DNA from: Asterionella formosa
Lineage: Eukaryota
Direction: 5' to 3'
NCBI GenBank assembly: GCA_002256025.1
Contig: NKIB01012895.1
Span: 1-64,000 of the forward strand
DNA length: 64,000 bases
Position 1 is the first letter of the stretch. Every line of letters begins with the position of its first letter. The notes under the pieces are model-generated. The model did no database searches. It saw only the letters and a program-made list of their open reading frames with translations, and was not told the DNA's origin. Position numbers and translations under genes: made by a program. Positions 34,550-47,392 of this stretch are shown here, piece after piece.

Positions 34550-37500
34550 ATCGAAAAAGCCCAAAAACATTTGTTTGATATGTTAAAAAGCCCTTGCCTC
34601 TCTACAGACACCAACAGATGCTTTAACAGCATTTATCAATCCCTCTTTGTCTAATTTCATGTCATCAATAGTCGAGGGTCAGTGAAATACCTCAACATGT
34701 CCTGGAGCTGCTTATTTGTCCACATATCAATTGTATCCTCATTATGTTTGGCTGCATCAGTCAGTGGAGGCAGCTTTATGAGGCAAAAATGAAAGCTTCT
34801 TCTGCTCCAATGATGCTACATCAGCTGTCGTCATTCTCTCCTTGTCCTGGGTCTCAACCTTCTTTGCAATTGACCATCATGCTTCCTTTGCCCTGTAATT
34901 TTCTCCACAAATCTCGCCAACAATAGACATGACTTGCTCCAGTACCCTTTTTAATTCTTTCCATTTGGCTTGGTGAATTCAATACACTAGAGTAGTGGGT
35001 CACATTGCCCTCCAACATATTGATTCTCTGCTTTGCAATCTTCTTCTTTGCTCCAACACCAATTGCATCAGAAATTACAGAAGCATGTAATAAATCTTTC
35101 ATTGAAGGTTGTAGCATTGAAATTCGGTCCCCACTTATAGAAATATATCAAGTAATTCTGATGGCTTCAGATTCTTAAAGAGCTTATTCCAGAGTTGCCA
35201 ACTGACAAAATTTGTCATGTTTTCCCCAAACCAGACTTTCTGTAGTAAATTGCAGTTTTGGTGGTCTTAAGCGTACTTTTTCACCATCTTTTCGGCTTTC
35301 CAAGAAGCTCAATCAAATGAAGGATCATAATCCTATGATGCGTCATAGGAATATGATAGTTTTTATTTGCAGAGGAATCTAAGCAGGTTAGGTTGGTTGC
35401 AGCTCACCGTTGTTGGTTCTCCAGGAGTTCCTGTTTGACTTGCTTGCTTTGGTCAGCAACAAAAGACACTGCTGGGATCATGTTTTGATGCCATGTAGGA
35501 AGCACGCATTTTGGACAAATCTTTCCAGTGATCCGAATTTGAGAATAAGAAGGGGAAGCTCATTTGCCTTGTTCCATGTTGGAGATCCAGGGTCAACATT
35601 AGCTGGAAATTGGTGGTCAATTGTATTTACCACCAGGCAGGACATGTTGAGCGATTTTCGCAGCTGAGATTCTTCCACATTGCAGGCATAGCCTAGCATT
35701 AAAAAGCTCATTGTTATGCTTTGCGCACTACCATGTTCATTTTCAAAGAATTGTTCATCACATTGAAGAGATCCATCAATTCTCTTAAGCAACTCAAAAA
35801 AATCTACCCTGTAGTCGTCTGGGTGACAACCTTTTGAAGGAGGAGATCCATGCATCTTTGCTTACTTTCTTTAACACAATACAGCATTAATTAATTACAG
35901 CAAATCCCGAGAAGATCCCACTGGCCTATGATTTCAAGCTTGAATCTAATTTGGTCAAGCAAGTCATGTAGTAAGTTTGCCTTGCTTGTCCTTGAATGGC
36001 TGCGCTTGGCCTTGTTGGTTGTCTTAATCGTTGTTGTTCCTGCTTTTGCTGTTACTGTCACTGCTTTCTGGTGAGACAACAAGAAATCCGACTGATCCTT
36101 TGGAGGTTGTCTACACCATAAAGGAATCCATCTAGTAACAGCACAAGAAGTAAACAAGAAAATGAGCACATTGCAATAATTCTGGACGTCACTTTTGGCA
36201 TTCTTACTCACCCTCATATGTCACCAGGCCAGCAGACCCGTTGCTTCAGCTTTCCTGTTCTTGCCTCGTCTTTAGCTTCCAGACACAATGGTTTGATTGT
36301 TGGAATTAAACTGCAGTGAGTGAGACGATAAAGTGACGCAATGAAGGTGATTAGCATTGATGCAACAGTGCGGCAAAAACTGAGTTGGCGATGTACATAC
36401 AAATTTTGTTGTACTGCTATCATTGCGTACCTTTTAACGACGGATTTGGGTAGCACATGCCAGTAGCATTCGAAATCATTTTCAATCATGAAAATACTAT
36501 CCATAAATGAATAATGTAAAAGAAATCCAAGATACAGAAGTTCTGCAGGGGTGTTCCACAAGAAGGACAAATCCAAAATTAGCCAAGGTGCCGGCCTGGT
36601 TTGGTCAGGTCAACAACTCTACTACGCTTTAATAAACTTGACTAAGTGTGAAAGTGTGGAGATCGCTTGGTGAGTCGCACTGGGCGGGGTGCAAAGCGCC
36701 CCATGGGATTCTAGTGTAATCAGATCGGTTTGGAAGGGCGACGGGGGGTTGGGTATAGCGAACAAGGTACCGAGTGATACTAGTACCTGCCGGCGGAGCT
36801 TATTGTCGCGTTTCATATGATTGGTAAAGCGGTACTGGCCGGCTTTGTTATAGGTAGCCAGCCAGGCTAACATGTGTGATGGGGAGAGTTGAAGACATTG
36901 AGATAGTGGGAGACCAAAGAGATGGCCCCTCTCATTAATTGGAACAGAAGGGGTGTTGATATGCTGCTGTGACAGCGATAACTAATGTGCTGAGTCGTTT
37001 TGCTGCTGCGACCTGAATTGTTGATCCATGAACAAAGTTATTGCAATCTTGCCATTGGGTAGTGCGTAGACAAGCAAGAATGACCGAAAGCTGCATATCA
37101 TTGGGCGAGTCCAAGTGGTAGCATGATTGTATGGAGCAGAGAATCTCCGGGTGTTAAAACTTGAAATTGCATAGCCCCACTGCTTAGATTGATCATGATG
37201 TCCATGAAAGACGTGATGCGCGCCGCCCAACCTTTGTCTGCTGTTGGTGGGCTGCATTTACCGCGGTGACGAAAGGATCGGTGCTGATTGGAAGAGGAAT
37301 GACCAGAGTTTGGGATGGTCCTCTTGCCAAGAGGCAATGCCTGATTCGAATGCAGTGATAAGGAATTGAGGGATTTTGAGTTTTTCGACTAGAACTTGAC
37401 GGACTGTGCAGGCCCAACTTTCATTCCGGGTTGCGGCCTGTGGTGGCTGATGAGGGACACTGAAGAACATGAAAACCAGGGGTTTCAATGTATAGCAGAG

Positions 37501-39150
37501 GCACATTGTGGAAACTGGGGGTTGGTGTGCCAGCGTTGGCGGTAGAGTTTCTTGTAGGTACGCCATTGTGCCCAGGGTTGTGGCATGATACATTGGCAGA
37601 GGTAAGGGTTGGATATTGTTGAAGGAGGGTGCTGGGATACAGAGTTTCAACCAATGATTCTATGTACCTTTTGTTCGCAACATGGTACAATAGTAGACTA
37701 CTGAAATATCGAATTTGCCATTTTCCATACTTCTGACCAGGAGGGGGTTCGGGAAGACTGAGGATGAGTGCGTTCCCAAGACTATGGAAGGATTCCGGAA
37801 GAATGTGATCAAGTGAAGAAATCAGGTTGCTACTATCAGTACAAACAACAGCATCTTCGGCGGTCTGGAATTGTTGTTGCTCTTGTAGTTTTAGGGCAAA
37901 CAAGGCATAATCGTTGAAGCCAATAAATGTGGGAGACCAATATACCATGGTACCTTGGCGTGGATAGCGGGTGGTGGGGGAAACAGTTTTGTTCCTTCTT
38001 TGTTGGTCAGATGATTTCCTGAAGAATACAGCGTACTTGAACTTGAAAGGTAGAAAAGTATGCGACGACAATGGTGGATGCTGATATGTTTGGATATTGC
38101 CTTGGGCTGTGAAGCTTTTGCCAAAAACAAATGATTGGGAGTTCTCCTTTAAGAGCACCGCTAAGGAGCGAGAGAGCCTTAAGTTCTTAAGTTCTTTGGA
38201 GAACAGAGCGATTCATTCTGGCCAATGATTATAAAAGCCAACCACAATCAGCGGGGAAGTTGCTGCTGAATTGGCCTAGCAACCTTAGAATCCAAGTTGG
38301 ATGCAACAGAGTGATTGAGGTGAGTAGTAGAACAGATGAAACCTTGTTGTACTATGTGCTGTGGACGAGGTGAATCTGGCTGGTCTTTTATTATTTGATT
38401 GTATTGTCGAGATTCCGGCCACTGCAAAGTAGGTACTACGTAAGGTTATTCAGGCAAATAAGATGTTCTTGCTGGAGCGATTGAACTTCGAGAAGAAGGA
38501 CCACAGCAAGCAATCTCTGCGGATGAATAACTAGTGGGCAGAGGAGTGAGAAGAGCGAGGCATCGGAAGTTGGAAGAAATACCAAACTTGGTGAAAGCCC
38601 ACCTCAGAGGGGCAAACGAGTTTAATGAACAGAGTATTTGAGACATACTAAGGAGCAAGCAAGGAAGGATCCAAGAGAAGGAGAAAAAGGCAGATCTTGC
38701 TGAAGTGTCAAAGGGGGTGGAGTATCCTTGGAGTATCGGAGTGTCTACAGAGATGGCGGGGTTGGACGGACGCTTTGTGGTGTTGTTGTTTTGAGAGTTG
38801 CTTGGGAATGGATTGAGAGTGGGGAGTGAGAGGCAGATGGGTGGGAGGCGGCATGGGAAGCGGTAATGGGAAGGAAATGACATGTCGCTTGAAGTAGGCG
38901 CCTAAAAGAAGGCGTTTGTTATATTTGGCAATCATGAGAAGTGAAAATAAAATGAGAAGGTTTATGATATTGATAAGAAGAAATGTTGTTGATCAGTCGA
39001 TATACATTGTTGTATGATGATAACGTTCTTACCATCATCATACTTCAAGTTTGGTAAAAAATTAATAAATCATCATAGTTTCTAAAGGATAATTTGATCA
39101 TGGTTTTGATCCCAAAACTATCATATATGTGAAAATCCTTTGCCACTCAG
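34550..39150 (-). mobile_element. Heavily decayed transposon-like region(s)
   Basis: Chain of stop/frameshift-broken ORFs on the minus strand. 35323-35368 closely resembles 5495-5540, the subterminal part of the CCAGG-bounded element. No catalytic motif identified with certainty. Confidence 0.35.
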
Positions 39151-39215
39151 CAGACAACACCACCCTTGATCCTAGCTATATGCATGATACTCTTATTTGC
39201 AGACAAGGTTAAGGC

Positions 39216-39580
39216 AATGCCATGTTTCTTGAAGTACTAGGCGCCGCCTAAGCAGGTTGGGAAGAGGGATGAAGGCAAGATTGGCACCCATAAGATCGTC
39301 AAGAGGGGCGGTGGTGGTCGGCACGGTGACAGGCAGCAGAAAGCGCCATGAGGGGGATGGGCTGTGGTAAATCATTTTAATGGAGGACAAAAAATGCCAT
39401 GTTGCTTGAAGTAGCTACTTGGCGCCTGAGCAGTTTGGGAATAGGGGTGAAGGCGAGATCGGCATCGTTGGCTCCATAAGATTGTCAAGAGGGGTGGTGG
39501 TGGTTGGCATGCTGGCAGCAGAAAGCGCCACAAGGGGTGGTGGTGATGGGCGGTTAATCATTTTATTGAGGACACAAAAT
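39216..39580. repeat. Diverged ~180-bp tandem duplication
   Basis: AATGCCATGT(T/G)CTTGAAGTA...GGCAGCAGAAAGCGCCA...AATCATTTTA twice; a partial third copy near 38876. Confidence 0.8.
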
Positions 39581-40344
39581 GAATAATTCCATGGGGAAAT
39601 TTGCAAGTGTCAAGCAACTATTTCGAATAGCTGGACTAATTGGATTAGGAGCTCTTTGGAATGCAATGCTTTGGGCTTCTCACTGCTTCAAGTTCTTCTT
39701 TTGTTTGTAAACCATGAGTGGTTATGTCTATGAAAAAGGATTCAATTGGAGACACATTTGCCATTGCTTCTGATAAGAACATACCCCAGATGAGGAACGA
39801 AAAATGTTGTTCTACAATATAATGGCAGAAGAGTGGAAGACAAGTTTTATTGGAGAAATTGTAGAGTTTGTGGATGAGTCCTCAAAAATCTATTTCAATA
39901 CTAGTTTGTGTGATTTCGAGAGAACAAGGAACTTCAAAGGTAGCTATACGACTGGTAAGCGAGCGAAGCAGAGAACATATAAATGATACTTATCCCCCTC
40001 ACAGTCAATGACAGGTACCACACATAGTAAAGGTGGACAGGCCATACACCTTAAATCAGCCAGTTATTCCCATGGCAATTGCTATGGCTGCATGTTGGAA
40101 ACTTTGGATATCATGATCCAAACACAGGAAACTTAGGTTATAATGGACATTGAGGCAGCCGAGGTGGTCCTCCAAGCAAGGTGGTTTAGGTGGCTAAGGT
40201 TGTGGTGCTGGGCTCACCCTGCCTAATTTTAATGGCAATCAGGCTTCTTATGAGACATTCAATATAAAGTGAAGAGCTTCTTCTTACTTATGTCTCTAAG
40301 CAAATCTAGAAGTGAATAAGGATATCCCCTAGTACTTTATGTTA

Positions 40345-43266
40345 CATCTAAGCCGCGAAATACGCCACTTTTCGAAATTTCATTTATGTAGGAGTGTCAA
40401 TGATGGGGTACTTGACATGAATTAATGCCTCTCTTCCCGTAAAAAAGGTTACTTTTAACGGTTTCACGTGAATTTTTAACGGTTTCATATGAAGTTTTCA
40501 CAATGAACTTTGAACTCGAGACTGAATTAGTTGATGTTTCAAATAATTTATTTCAAAGTTCAACTAATATCCTGCTCTCGTGGCTAATTCATTTACTACA
40601 CGCATCTTTATTTGTGAAATAGTAAGGGTATTTTTCTCTTCGAGGTTTCATGTGATGGCTCAGAATCATACAGTGATTTCCAAGACAAAACTAGTTGATG
40701 TTACAACTACATATTTTAAAACTTAAAGATAAAATTGTTTTAGAGGATAAAACATTGCGAAAGACAACTCATCATATGGTACTATGCCAAAAAGGTATGA
40801 ATTGGCCAAGAAATGACAGTAATAAGAGTTTTCGCAATCCTCATGCACCAAATTGATGCAACCATACTACTAAGCATCGCCGCTGAAGGCTGAAGTACTA
40901 AATTAGTATTGCTTGTCAATGTAAAATTGGCAAATTGAACTCACACTACGCCAAAGCAACGCAGACTCGAGAGAGTGTCACGATAGCTAACCAAGTTAAG
41001 TGCTGGTACAAGCAACCCGAGTGCATGATGTTGTTGTCTTGCGCTGGTGTGTCATGGCTCAGTTGTTCTAACCCCTTGGCGCTTTTCCCCCTCAAATACT
41101 TCATCCGTACTCGCGATTGATAGATTAATTTATCACCGTGAGGATTGCAGTCATCGGACGCACGCTTAGTCAAAGTGAACCTGCTGCAGAATTCAAATCT
41201 TTCCATTCTCAAACTAGGTTACAAAAACTTAAAAAACGACGGTAAGTTTTAATCCGTTGACTGTCGGGATTTCAACACACCGCGCTTTGGGATCGTTGGA
41301 TCTTGGATTCAACCAAGTCGGCGATGATGGGATTAGATCATTGGCACGTCGTGCTTTGTTTGGATCTGCCTTGCATACATGCTCTGCTTGGCAGGGAATC
41401 ACATGCGGGAAATAGGAGCCATGGCGTTGGCTGATGGGATCAGGAGAGGGTGCCCTGTGACCAAACTGTATTTGACTGGAAATTCAATCGAGGGATCCAA
41501 GAGCTCGTTTTAGGCGGAACAAGCATGAGACCGATGGGTTGCCACAAAGTTGCTATAATGCTCTGAATGTACGAATCACACAGAATTGAGGAAGACACAA
41601 CAGATTTAAATTTCATCATGCGCGTGAATTGGTTAACTCATCAGTTGATTGTTTTCAATATAAAATCCAGGCGTATTTTTTAACTATTGTAGGACGAGGC
41701 TAAATGTAGTAGGTCATCCAGTGCATGTGCAATTAGGAGTAACTAATGGTTGTGTCCTCTCCCTCTTGTCATATTTGTTCAAGTCACACTTGTAACCTCA
41801 GAAATTTGTCCCAACGAAATTTTCAGCAAGACTGCGCCAGATTTTTTCGTGTAGATTGTAGGTTCTGTTGGTACAAAGAGGAAGTCATGGCTGCGCCAGG
41901 ATTTTTGACCCTCTGAATTCATAAAAACACCAACATTCAACACCACAGTGAACAATTAATTTTCAACATGGGGAAGACCCTTACAACTAGCATCCCCCTT
42001 CCAGATTTTCAGCTGCCTCACTATAAACAAATCTTTTATCAGCTCACATAGGGTTTGTTGCACCAACAGAAGCAAGGTGGAATGATGCAAGCAGCATTGA
42101 GATCGTCCGCAATGGATGCGTTGAAGGTAAAATATTTTCTTGCTATTTTTGCTATCATATCACCAAGCGAGTAATAATTCATAATGATATGCTGCTGTTC
42201 TCAACATTCATTTGACATTTGAACAGGCCTTTTCAGAAAAGGAGTGTTCTTTTGAAAGCAGGAGTGATAGAAGGTGAAATGATGCAATATGGAGACCCGC
42301 CCGCAATGGAAGATCTTACTAAGGTAAGCTTAATCCTCAGTTTTTGTCATCACATCAGCAATGCGAGCGATAAATCACACGCTTTTGTTATTGTTCTCTC
42401 TACATTGTTTTTACATTTTAGCCGTCAATTTCACAACAGGAGCATTCTTTTGAATGCATCAGTGAGTTGCGGTGCTGCCAGGTGGGTAAGGCCGGTGTCT
42501 TGCTGTCAATTTGACTGCTCCGTGAAACAGCTGAATAGCACATGCGTGTGTTGCTTTATGCTATTGCTAGTTCTATTCAATGAATTATTGACACAGCACT
42601 GTTGTTATGTAAATCTTTGCAGGTCAATGAAGAAGTCATTTCAAGGACAAGAAGGAAGCCAGTGCCATGCATTCCTGTTGCAACTTCGCACAACAATGAT
42701 GCCTGTTTAAGAATGCATAGTTTCTTCATTCAGAATGATTGGCTTCTGTTTTGTCTTGCATTGTCCTTACAGATGTCTCATAATGCCTGCCTTCTCAAGA
42801 CTGAAGATGCCATTCTGAAAAAACTGCTGTGTTTGATTGCATATCGAGATTTGTTTCCCATGTAATGTGAAATACCGGTAGTTGAATTACTAATCAACAT
42901 ATTTGATAGTACTTTTAAATTACATGAACAAAATTACAGAATTACATAAACAAATTTAATACCACACTACGTGAACTATATTATAGAATTACGTGAACAA
43001 AATTATAAGGGCGGCAATGTGAACTAAATTACAGAATTAATTGAAGTATTTCAAATAATGATGTGAAGGTGATCATGTCGTAATATAGTGATGATCAGGA
43101 ATGCATGCATGATACTCTGATCAAATAATTAACGTGATGTATTCAGATAATATATAGATACATTCAAGTAGGCATTTTGATGTGTTCAACTAATTCATGT
43201 GATCCATTCAAAATCAACTAGGCTTATTTACGTGATAGTCACTTCACGTAATATGCAGCTTAGATG
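40345..43266. mobile_element. TA-flanked non-autonomous TIR element carrying captured gene fragments
   Basis: TA|CATCTAAGCCGCGAAATACG ... CGTAATATGCAGCTTAGATG|TA (16/20 inverted match). Subterminal TTCACGTGAA/TACGTGAAC/CAACTAAT motifs occur at both ends. No transposase inside. Confidence 0.6.
41140..41500 (+). pseudogene. RI-like (NLRC3-type) leucine-rich repeat gene fragment
   Basis: Broken frames read LLQNSNLSILKLGYKNL, LGSLDLGFNQVGDDGIRSLA and LAGNHMREIGAMALADGIRRGCPVTKLYLTGNSI. Confidence 0.75.
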
Positions 43267-44656
43267 TATTGTTAAGGTAAGGAAGGAAGAGTTGAGTCGT
43301 CTATTAGCTAGACATCAGATTAAGGGCACTACACTCTCGGGCAAAAGATTTGACCACAATAGCTAACTTCAAGGTCAGTCAAAAAATGATCTTTTAAATC
43401 TTATTGTATGTTAAAGCTAGTATTCAGCCAATAATCGCACTATTGCACAAGTAAAAGGAAACAATTAGTACCGCTTTTATTCATCTGTACAGTACAATAG
43501 AACCTGTCATAGCCTTGTTGGCCACACACCCTGGAACCCTAGTAGTAGGTACTACTAGTACATAAAAGAATGACAGGCGGTGAAGTATGCAGGAATTAAA
43601 CCCGCCACCTCATGAGGTGTGCTAACCAGCCAATAAGCCATGCCATTTCCCTAACTTCTTCAATGCTCAGTCAGATGTTAGAAATGGCTGGCCCTTGCTG
43701 ATGGTGGTGCCTCACCAGCACACTCAAGGAAGTTCCCCGGGGGTGGGCGGACTGCATATTTGAGCATGCATTCTCAATATCAGAGCACTTTACTCCAAAA
43801 ATGAGTCCAGGGTTCAAGAAGTCAGGAGTAAGCTCAATAGAGCAACGAAAAATTCCCCTGGGACAAGTTCAGCAATACTTTTTTGCGTTTTCACCAACAA
43901 CTTGAAAGCATGAAGGCTGGATTGGTCAAATACACTCAGTTCGTGGTGATCTTGTCAGCATAATCCTCCATGAAAAGCAAGACCAGGGGCATAGCAGCTG
44001 AGATCGTTGCTTCAGACAAAAAGGCAAAAAAATGTTTGTCACCATGCCTTCTTGGCCAAGATTGGAGAAGACAACGCATGGCACTACTTGGCTCATTAAC
44101 TCAAATGGGTGACAAAGGACAAGGTAGCACTTCAAGTCGGCAAATCAAGAAGCTTAAATCAAAGATCACGGCATTAAAGAGAAAGATTCCGAAAAGGCAA
44201 GGGGATTGGCGATAAGAAACAACAGTCTGAGAACAATTACACCACCCCAGATAATGTGATTGAGGCAATGAAGAAGCAAAGCTGGAGGGAAACTGAAAGC
44301 AAATATGTGGACTGAATTACTTGCTTAGGGGTCTAAATAAGGAGGAGGAGGATTGTGTTGTTGAATCGGTATCAAGTGACGAAGGAAATAACGATGAGCA
44401 AGCCGATTCTGAAGGTGATGCATGGCTGGCACAGAAGGTCTCAGCCACATGCCAAGAAGTGACGAGCGATCATGCTTCTGCGCGCATGCATCATTTGACA
44501 AAGTGATCGAGTGGCAAATGTTCGGGGCTTCTCTGGGGAGCTCGGATCATGCGCTCTGATGTGTGAAAACTTCCCAATAAACACTCCTTGATGATAGCTA
44601 TTGTAGAAATGGTCGAATGTACTTGATTCCCACGCATTCTTTAGTATTCATTATTT

Positions 44657-47392
44657 ATGTTTAGGCACCATGACAAAATCCTCGCCTTGTTAGAATGCGG
44701 GACCTCTTGCTCCCACCCTCCTCCACTGCCGTTGCACAGTAGGACAACAATGATGACGGATGATGAAACATTAATGAATCCCAATGAGAGCGACATGATT
44801 ATGAAGACAGAAAGTAATATTCTTGAAACACCACAAAACTCGAAATCAACGAAATCTAAAAAGCAGGAAAGTACGATTCGTCATGAGAGTCCTGCTACTG
44901 AGGTTGATGTTGCTGTTCCTGCTGCTTCTACTGATACCAAACGACACAACAAAATACAAGGGAAACAACAAGGCGTCACATTAGTGGGGAAGCATACGCA
45001 GATAAGCTTTGACGTTACAGTCATGGACACGAGCCCAGTTTTGGTTCATCAAGTTGAACCAATCTCCAGCAAGGAGAGAGCTACTACTACTACTGCTGCT
45101 ACTGCTACTGCTGCTACTGCTGCTGCTGCTACTACTTATACAACAACAGCAACTGATGCGGTTCCAAAGGATAGACTGAAACAATTCGACGACTTTGTGT
45201 TTAATATTAACAAGGTCCAACCCAAAACCAAACGAGGCAGCAATCTGAGAGAGTATTCCTTTTCGTCGACGGCTACTGAAAAGCGAAGCAATGCAGTTCA
45301 ACAAAACACCATTATACCGAATGTAGAACAACAACAGCAACAACAACAGCAACAGCAACAACTGTCACCAACCAGCACTGCAACAAGCAAAGCCATGCCG
45401 GATAGTGTCTTGCCTGTGCCGGTTAAACGATTTGCACTTTCTGCTGTTGTGGGACGGATTCGTGACAAGAGATCTCACAGAGCACCTGTATTACACAGCA
45501 ATGAAAAGATATGGAAAGTTCATCCTATTCGATTTTTCGGTCGTCGACACGATGTGGACGGAGACAACAATAGCAACAACACAACGGTGACAACGACTGT
45601 ACCTCTGGATAAAATGCAGACGATAAATGTCGAATCAGGGGATACTACAACAATGGTGTACCCACCAGGAAAAGGTTCGGAAGGGGATGAAAGAATGACA
45701 GAAAAACAATTTTCCAGATCCCTTTCTGAATTGAGATATCCCGTTTTCGAAGGTCCAGACCCAAGTAACGACGAGGACATTCGCTTTCATAATAGTTTGC
45801 CCGCAATTCTCCCGTCGCATGATAATGGCGAACTAACATCGCTGTTGAAACCAAAAAAATCTCGAAAGAAAAAGCACAAGAAAAGTACTACCACACTCGA
45901 AACATCTTACTCAAGCAATAATAGTTCCAACGACGACCAGGATATGCACTTTCATAATAGTTTGCCCGCCATTCTCCCGTCGTATGATAATGACAAAATA
46001 CCATCGCTGTTGAAACCAAAAAAGTCTCGAAAGAAAAAACACAAGAAAGCTACTACCACATTCGAAACACCTTACTCAAGCAATAATAGTTCCAACGACG
46101 ACCAGGATATGCACTTTCATAATAGGTTGCCCGCGATTCTCCCGTCACACTGTAATGGCGAGCTACCATCGCTGTTGAAACCAAAAAAGGCCCGTAAGAA
46201 ACAACACAAGAAGGTTTGTACAGTTGAAGCACACTTGGAATCAACAGAATGGAAGATGCATACAGATGCGGTGCAAGATTGGAAGACCATTCTTCGAGAG
46301 CGGTACAATCGATCGCCGTTGATTCCTGAAAGCAGTTTAAGGTCACTGATGTTACCATCCGAGACACGGATTGACATACCATCACGGGCTACCACCTGGA
46401 CACCCTCGGCTAGTCCAAGACAATCGACTAAGGAAGCCGAGGAAGCACTCAAAGCACAACGAGAAGTACTGCTACTCACATCGGCATCACGGCGGATGAA
46501 AGGACGGGAGAGATCAAATAGGTCGTTAGTTCCGACCGAGACCATTTTAAGGACTTTGCAGCATGCTAGCCCATTGCTTTTCGTATCTGAGAAACGGATT
46601 GACATACCACGGTCTACCACCCAAGCATCCTCTTCCAGTCCAAAACGATTGACCAAGGAGGCAGAGGAGGCCGTTGAAGTACAACATGACGTACTTCAAC
46701 TCACATCGGCAGAGGGCATGCAGGGACAGGAGAGATCGAATAGGTCAGTAGTTCTGCCCGACGGGACTACAAGGAGCTCGCGTCGTACAAGTCCAACGGA
46801 GAAACGGATTGACCTATCACTGTCCACCACCCAAGAGCCCTCGCCGAGTTTGAAAATGTCGACGGAGGCCGAGGAGGTATTTAAACTACAACAAAACAAG
46901 GAGACCGAGGAGGCGCTCAAAATGCAACGAAACAGTCTTCAACTCAAATCGGAACGGCGGGTGCGGGGACGGGATAGATCGGCTCGGCCAATAGTTCTGC
47001 CTGACAGCACTGGAAGAACATCGTGTCATCCTAGCCCAACGATTTTGCCGGCGGAGAAACCGATTGACACGCCAAGCGACACCTCCCAAGTATCCACTGC
47101 TAGTCCGAAACGACCTACCAAGGATGTCGAGGCGACTGTCAAAGTACAACAAGACACAATTCAGGAAAAAGCAGAGCTGCGGATGCGAGGACGGGAGAGA
47201 GCGGCGAGGTCACTAGTTCCGCCCGACGGCACTGTAAGGATATCGCGTCATACAAGCCCAGTTATTATTCCTTCGGAGAAACGGATAGTAATACCACGGG
47301 CTACCAGGGTATCATCTCCTAGTCCAACACGATCCATCAAAAAGACAGAGCGATGCCACAAATCGGCAGAGGCATCAGTGGAGGCAACTTGA
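44657..47392 (+). CDS. Hypothetical low-complexity protein with two internal repeat families
   Basis: 911-aa ORF (alternative ATG 44750) with polyT/A and polyQ. Three ~55-aa repeats (NDDQDMHFHNSLPAILPS...KPKKSRKKKHKK) and four to five ~80-aa repeats (EKRIDIP...RGRERS.RS.V.PD). Confidence 0.7.
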   Translation: MFRHHDKILALLECGTSCSHPPPLPLHSRTTMMTDDETLMNPNESDMIMKTESNILETPQNSKSTKSKKQESTIRHESPATEVDVAVPAASTDTKRHNKIQGKQQGVTLVGKHTQISFDVTVMDTSPVLVHQVEPISSKERATTTTAATATAATAAAATTYTTTATDAVPKDRLKQFDDFVFNINKVQPKTKRGSNLREYSFSSTATEKRSNAVQQNTIIPNVEQQQQQQQQQQQLSPTSTATSKAMPDSVLPVPVKRFALSAVVGRIRDKRSHRAPVLHSNEKIWKVHPIRFFGRRHDVDGDNNSNNTTVTTTVPLDKMQTINVESGDTTTMVYPPGKGSEGDERMTEKQFSRSLSELRYPVFEGPDPSNDEDIRFHNSLPAILPSHDNGELTSLLKPKKSRKKKHKKSTTTLETSYSSNNSSNDDQDMHFHNSLPAILPSYDNDKIPSLLKPKKSRKKKHKKATTTFETPYSSNNSSNDDQDMHFHNRLPAILPSHCNGELPSLLKPKKARKKQHKKVCTVEAHLESTEWKMHTDAVQDWKTILRERYNRSPLIPESSLRSLMLPSETRIDIPSRATTWTPSASPRQSTKEAEEALKAQREVLLLTSASRRMKGRERSNRSLVPTETILRTLQHASPLLFVSEKRIDIPRSTTQASSSSPKRLTKEAEEAVEVQHDVLQLTSAEGMQGQERSNRSVVLPDGTTRSSRRTSPTEKRIDLSLSTTQEPSPSLKMSTEAEEVFKLQQNKETEEALKMQRNSLQLKSERRVRGRDRSARPIVLPDSTGRTSCHPSPTILPAEKPIDTPSDTSQVSTASPKRPTKDVEATVKVQQDTIQEKAELRMRGRERAARSLVPPDGTVRISRHTSPVIIPSEKRIVIPRATRVSSPSPTRSIKKTERCHKSAEASVEAT

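Noticed and set aside
43600..44250. Possible copia gag remnant (SSRQIKKLKSKITALKR)
   Set aside because: Only a vague resemblance and no diagnostic motif; not enough to annotate.
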